Positions 60,170 through 64,000 of a stretch of 64,000 bases of DNA are shown here, piece by piece. The DNA is taken from positions 128,001 to 192,000 of the forward strand of contig CAVRCI010000001.1 of NCBI GenBank assembly GCA_963719495.1, given 5' to 3'. The stretch's first letter is position 1, and every line of letters starts with the position of its first letter. This DNA comes from an uncultured Verrucomicrobiae bacterium (GTDB taxonomy: Bacteria; Verrucomicrobiota; Verrucomicrobiia; Chthoniobacterales; JAATET01). The notes under the pieces are model-generated. The model searched no databases and was not told the DNA's origin. It saw only the letters and a list, made by a program, of their open reading frames with translations. Both the position numbers and the translations under genes were made by a program.

Positions 60170-61021
60170 CTACTCCGACTCGAACGACGTCATCTCCCCC
60201 GAAATAAAGCCCACAAACACGCTCACCTTCGCCGCCAACGGCACCCGCAGCTCGTCGTCCGAAAGCCAGAACTGCCCGCCGCGGAATTTATCGTAATCCG
60301 TCAATCGCTTCAGCTTCTTACTCTTCACCTCGATCTTCCGAAGATTCATCGACAGCCGGATCGCCTTCCGCGCCCGCCCCATCACCTCGATCGTCTCCCG
60401 CCCCTCGACTTTCACGCTCGCGTGGAACGGCGAATCCCCCGGATAAGCGAGAAAATTGACCTCATCCCCCTCGTCGAGCGGCTGACTCCGCACGAACAAC
60501 AACCCACCCAGCATGTCGAAAATGTCCCGCACCTCGACCCGCTTCCACTTCCCCACCTTCTTGTCGACGCTGACGACACGCTGACGCCACACTTGATCCG
60601 GCTGAAACCGAACGTTCGTCGTGATCGTGCGGTCGCTGTAACGGTCGTATTCCCAGAAGTAATCCGGTTTGAGTGTCCGGGCGTCGATCCACGCCCGGTG
60701 CTCCGCCTCGAAATTCCAGAGCAACCCCGCCAGCCCCAGCGACTCGCCGGTGACCACCACTCGATACTCCGGCTTCGCCCCGAAACGCCCCCCCGCCCGG
60801 GTCACCTCCACCTCCGCCGACGCGGCCTCCATCACGTTCGACCAGCCGAACGAATAGCTCGCCTTGAACGGCTCGATTGGTGGGAAGTCGCCCGGAGTCG
60901 GCGCCGTCAAATCCGCCAACAGTTTGTCCAATTTTTCTTCCGCCCAACCGTCCGTCGGAGCCGCCGCCGTGATGACTCCGAGCAGCAGGCCCGTCCACGC
61001 GGCCGCGATCCCCCGTCTCAC
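60170..61021 (-). CDS. DUF3108-like exported protein
   Basis: Signal peptide from a GTG overlapping the upstream stop; YSFGW, FDMLGGLLFVRS and WLSDDELRVPL. Confidence 0.7.
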   Translation of the reverse strand: MRRGIAAAWTGLLLGVITAAAPTDGWAEEKLDKLLADLTAPTPGDFPPIEPFKASYSFGWSNVMEAASAEVEVTRAGGRFGAKPEYRVVVTGESLGLAGLLWNFEAEHRAWIDARTLKPDYFWEYDRYSDRTITTNVRFQPDQVWRQRVVSVDKKVGKWKRVEVRDIFDMLGGLLFVRSQPLDEGDEVNFLAYPGDSPFHASVKVEGRETIEVMGRARKAIRLSMNLRKIEVKSKKLKRLTDYDKFRGGQFWLSDDELRVPLAAKVSVFVGFISGEMTSFESE

Positions 61022-61788
61022 AAGGTCTCCCCGGGCACGACCATCGTCAGATCCGCCGTCGGCACCCAGCCGCGTGTCCCGCTCGCGACCTCGACGTAGG
61101 TCCACGCCCCGCGCGGCGACAGCACCCCTACCGCCGCACCGGCGGCCAGTTTGTCGACGGCGGCGGAATTCTTCGCCGGACTCGCGAGCGCCTCCGCTCC
61201 ACCCTCCGACGTCACCATCGCCAGATTCGCATCCGCGATTCGGGGGTCAGCCACCATTCCCATCGCAAAGGCCACGCTACCAATCACCAACGCGGCGATC
61301 GCGCCAGCCAGCCAGACGGAATGCCGCCGATTTCCGATCACGATTGGGACCAGCGCGATGAACCCCGCCCACCCCAACGCCGCACCGAGCCCTTGCAGAA
61401 CCCCCGGGTGGACCACGGTCGTCACGTCGTTCAGCCACGATCTTGGGCGCATCGAAATCGCGTGATCGGCGGCGAGCAACGCAAGGTTGTTGTTGGCCGA
61501 CCGCATCCCCGGGTCCAACAGCAGCGCTCGGCGGTAAGCCAACGCCGCGTCCACGGTCCGCCCCGATTTTTCCCGCGCCACCCCGAGGTTGTAGTAGACC
61601 TCGGCGCTCGAATGCCCGCCCTGGATCAATTCCTCGTAGGCGGCGATCGCCTTCGGATAATCCTCGACCGCCATTTCGAGGTTCGCCTTCGCCAGCGCCC
61701 CGTCGTCCGCCCGGACCACCCCGGTCAGCGCGAGAGCCACGACGAAGACCTTCCCCGCGAATCGCGCGGCTTTCGACCAATCGCTCAT
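61018..61788 (-). CDS. batE: BatE-like TPR + SH3 protein
   Basis: AIAAYEEL..YYNLG..AYRRALLLDP..NNLA, two TMs, C-terminal WTYVEVASGTRGWVP; directly downstream of batD. Confidence 0.75.
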   Translation of the reverse strand: MSDWSKAARFAGKVFVVALALTGVVRADDGALAKANLEMAVEDYPKAIAAYEELIQGGHSSAEVYYNLGVAREKSGRTVDAALAYRRALLLDPGMRSANNNLALLAADHAISMRPRSWLNDVTTVVHPGVLQGLGAALGWAGFIALVPIVIGNRRHSVWLAGAIAALVIGSVAFAMGMVADPRIADANLAMVTSEGGAEALASPAKNSAAVDKLAAGAAVGVLSPRGAWTYVEVASGTRGWVPTADLTMVVPGETL

Positions 61789-63632
61789 CGCCCACCCCCC
61801 AACCGGGTCAATGCGGCCCGGATCGCCTCCCGCTCTTCCGCCGTCACCCGCACGGCGACCCCGCTCGCAAATTTCCGCTCGTCCGATTTCCCCATGAGAT
61901 CACTCAGGACCTCCGCGTCCTCCGCCGGGACTTCAGCCCCGCCCAGCAAGTCCGCCCGGTCGACCGCGCCCCTCGTCTCCACCAGCGCGTCGAGATCCTC
62001 CTCCGCGATCTCGAGGAACGCGTCGTCGTCCAGATCCGGATCCCGAAGTCGCTCGACGAGCGTCAGGTGCCGCCGACGCCATTCCGTCCGCTTCGCCCGC
62101 TCGCCGGAGCGCACCCGTCGCATCACGAACACTGCCGCGACCCCGACGAAGGTGAGGAAAGCCAGCGTATTGGCCACGATGAATCCAGCCTGCCGGATCG
62201 GAGGCGCGAAGGACCGCCGCGTCGCGGATTCGAGCACCCCCGCCCGCCCCGGCAGTTCCGGCGAGGACGCTTCGGCCTTCGCCGTTTGCCCACCCCCCGC
62301 GGCACCGCGCGAAGAATCCGGCGTCGGCTCGGCGACGGAGGCCTCCGCAACCACGGCGACCGGATCCCCTGCCAGCGTCACGTATTCCTCCTTCGTCGGA
62401 TCGAAGTAGGAAAACTCCACGCCCGGCGTCGCGGTCTGCCGCGCTTTCGCGATCATCATGAAGTCATACGTCTTCACACCACCGAACCCGACCGAATCCG
62501 CGGCGTCGAATTGATCCGTCGGCGGATACAGCTTCCACCCCTCCGCACCCACGAGCCGAGGTTCCCCCATCGCGCTGAAATTTCCCCGCCCGTTCACCTT
62601 GACCTCGAGGGTCACCGGATCGCCGGGCGCTGTCGCCTTCGGTGCCGCGTCGACCGTCATCGCGAAATCTCCGATCGCCCCCGTGAATCCCTCCGGCTTC
62701 CCACTCTTGGGCAATGGCCGGACCTCGACCTTCATCGGATCGCTCGTGACCGCGATTTGCTCGGAGTCCGACATCATCGAATTTCCGAAGAACTGACTGA
62801 ATAAATCATCGAAGCCGCGCGGGGCCTGCGAAGGCACCTGAACGACCGCCGCCATGCTCACCGCCGGGATCTCGAGCTCGCCGGACTTCACCGGGGTGAT
62901 CGCGCTCTGGAAGCTGAAAACGTGATACGCCGTCCCACCGACGACCTGCTCGCCCCGCTTCGGAGCGGTCAAATCCTCGACCGTAAACCCCTCGCCGCTG
63001 AACGTCGGCTGCTCCTGCAGGAGGCGGAATCCGTAGTTTTTGTTGAAGTAAAACCGGATCTCCACCGGCACCATCTCGCCGACGAAGACGGATTCGCGTG
63101 GGATCACCATCTCGGCGTAGGCAAGCCGCGCATCGGGGTCGGGCCGGCCCGGGTCCGCCACCGGCGGCTGCGCCCCACCGCCACCCGGCTGCCCGGGAAC
63201 GACCGGGATGGCCCGCCGAGTCTGCGGCGCCCGCCCGCCAGTCACGTCGAGCGTGAGCGCGCTCGTCGACATCGTCCGTCCATCCACGTCCAACTCGATG
63301 GCGGGAATCTCGAACCCACCCTCGCGCTGGGCAACCACTTGGTAGGTGAACACGACCGAAGTCGAGAACTGCAGATTGTTCATCTGCACCTGGGTCGAGC
63401 GCCCCCGCTGGACGATCGACAACCCGTCGACGTCAATGGTGCGGGGAGCCGTCGCGTTCGTCGAACCATCGACCTTGATCTCCAATTGGATCGGCACCCC
63501 CATCATCGCCTGATCCGCCGACAAGGTGGCCGTGACCGAAGTCGCAGCGTGCGAGAACGGAACGGAAGCGCAAGCCACCAAAGCCAGCGCCAATCCCCAT
63601 TTCAAATTTCTCATTCCTAATTTCAAATTCAC
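61785..63632 (-). CDS. batD: BatD family protein
   Basis: Ig-like BatD repeats (GGFEIPAIEL, VFVGEMVPV, FTGAIGDF, VNGRGN, FSYFDP) and a C-terminal TM. Confidence 0.88.
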   Translation of the reverse strand: MNLKLGMRNLKWGLALALVACASVPFSHAATSVTATLSADQAMMGVPIQLEIKVDGSTNATAPRTIDVDGLSIVQRGRSTQVQMNNLQFSTSVVFTYQVVAQREGGFEIPAIELDVDGRTMSTSALTLDVTGGRAPQTRRAIPVVPGQPGGGGAQPPVADPGRPDPDARLAYAEMVIPRESVFVGEMVPVEIRFYFNKNYGFRLLQEQPTFSGEGFTVEDLTAPKRGEQVVGGTAYHVFSFQSAITPVKSGELEIPAVSMAAVVQVPSQAPRGFDDLFSQFFGNSMMSDSEQIAVTSDPMKVEVRPLPKSGKPEGFTGAIGDFAMTVDAAPKATAPGDPVTLEVKVNGRGNFSAMGEPRLVGAEGWKLYPPTDQFDAADSVGFGGVKTYDFMMIAKARQTATPGVEFSYFDPTKEEYVTLAGDPVAVVAEASVAEPTPDSSRGAAGGGQTAKAEASSPELPGRAGVLESATRRSFAPPIRQAGFIVANTLAFLTFVGVAAVFVMRRVRSGERAKRTEWRRRHLTLVERLRDPDLDDDAFLEIAEEDLDALVETRGAVDRADLLGGAEVPAEDAEVLSDLMGKSDERKFASGVAVRVTAEEREAIRAALTRLGGGR

Positions 63633-63638
63633 CTCAAA

Positions 63639-63998
63639 CTACCAATCCTTTCGCACGTCCTGGTAATTCTGCCGCTCCATCATCTGGACGCGCTCCTCGT
63701 CACCCTGCATGGATCGCAGAAGATTGCGCGCCTGCGCTTCCGACATCTCGCCGTCCGGCGTCTCGGGCTCGGCCTCCCCGCCCTGCCCCGTCTCCCCATC
63801 TTCTTCGCCCGGTTTGTCGCCCTGTGATTTCAGATCGCCGTCCTTCGGCTCGCCCGGAGTCGGCGATGGCTCGGCACCGCCCGGCTCCTGGTCGCCGGGG
63901 TTCTCGTCGGGCTCGGGCTGGTCTTGGCTCTCTCCACCCTCGGTTGATGGTTCGGATTCCTCGTCCGACTTCTCATCCCCGGACTCCCCATCCTTCGA
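63639..63998 (-). CDS. C-terminus of a BatC/BatB-type TPR protein (partial)
   Basis: Acidic low-complexity linker followed by MSEAQARNLLRSMQGDEE...VRKDW*, the typical end of the gene upstream of batD. Confidence 0.8.
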   Translation of the reverse strand, partial: SKDGESGDEKSDEESEPSTEGGESQDQPEPDENPGDQEPGGAEPSPTPGEPKDGDLKSQGDKPGEEDGETGQGGEAEPETPDGEMSEAQARNLLRSMQGDEERVQMMERQNYQDVRKDW

Positions 63999-64000
63999 AT

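Overview
GC-rich bacterial chromosome segment, most consistent with Verrucomicrobiota (PEP-CTERM-type subtilase, Bat operon, 'FYWV'-type C-terminal domain). All calls come from motif recognition by eye; no searches were run. The backbone carries cusB/tolC efflux genes, two glycosylation clusters (one next to lpxK), thrB, ilvN-ilvC, stress genes, iscS, a K+ channel, uppS, an NtrC-like activator, a glucosylglycerate/mannosylglucosylglycerate-type solute cluster, carB, trpE/trpG, batC/D/E and tRNA-Ser(GCT). The most striking structure is an ~11-kb accessory region (46.6-57.6 kb). It contains an HUH/Y1 (RAYT-like) transposase bounded by 24-bp inverted repeats starting GGGGTCAG. Related GGGGTC(A/G)G ends sit at almost every junction between cargo genes, two of those genes are cut exactly at such an end, and the ends carry short tandem 'stutter' duplications. 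A further GGGGTCAG end family has expanded in frame inside a glycosyltransferase at 38.3 kb. The genome is also rich in REP-like palindromes and heptamer repeats, several inserted in frame into proteins including CarB. thrB lacks its expected stop codon at a C7 tract just before lpxK.
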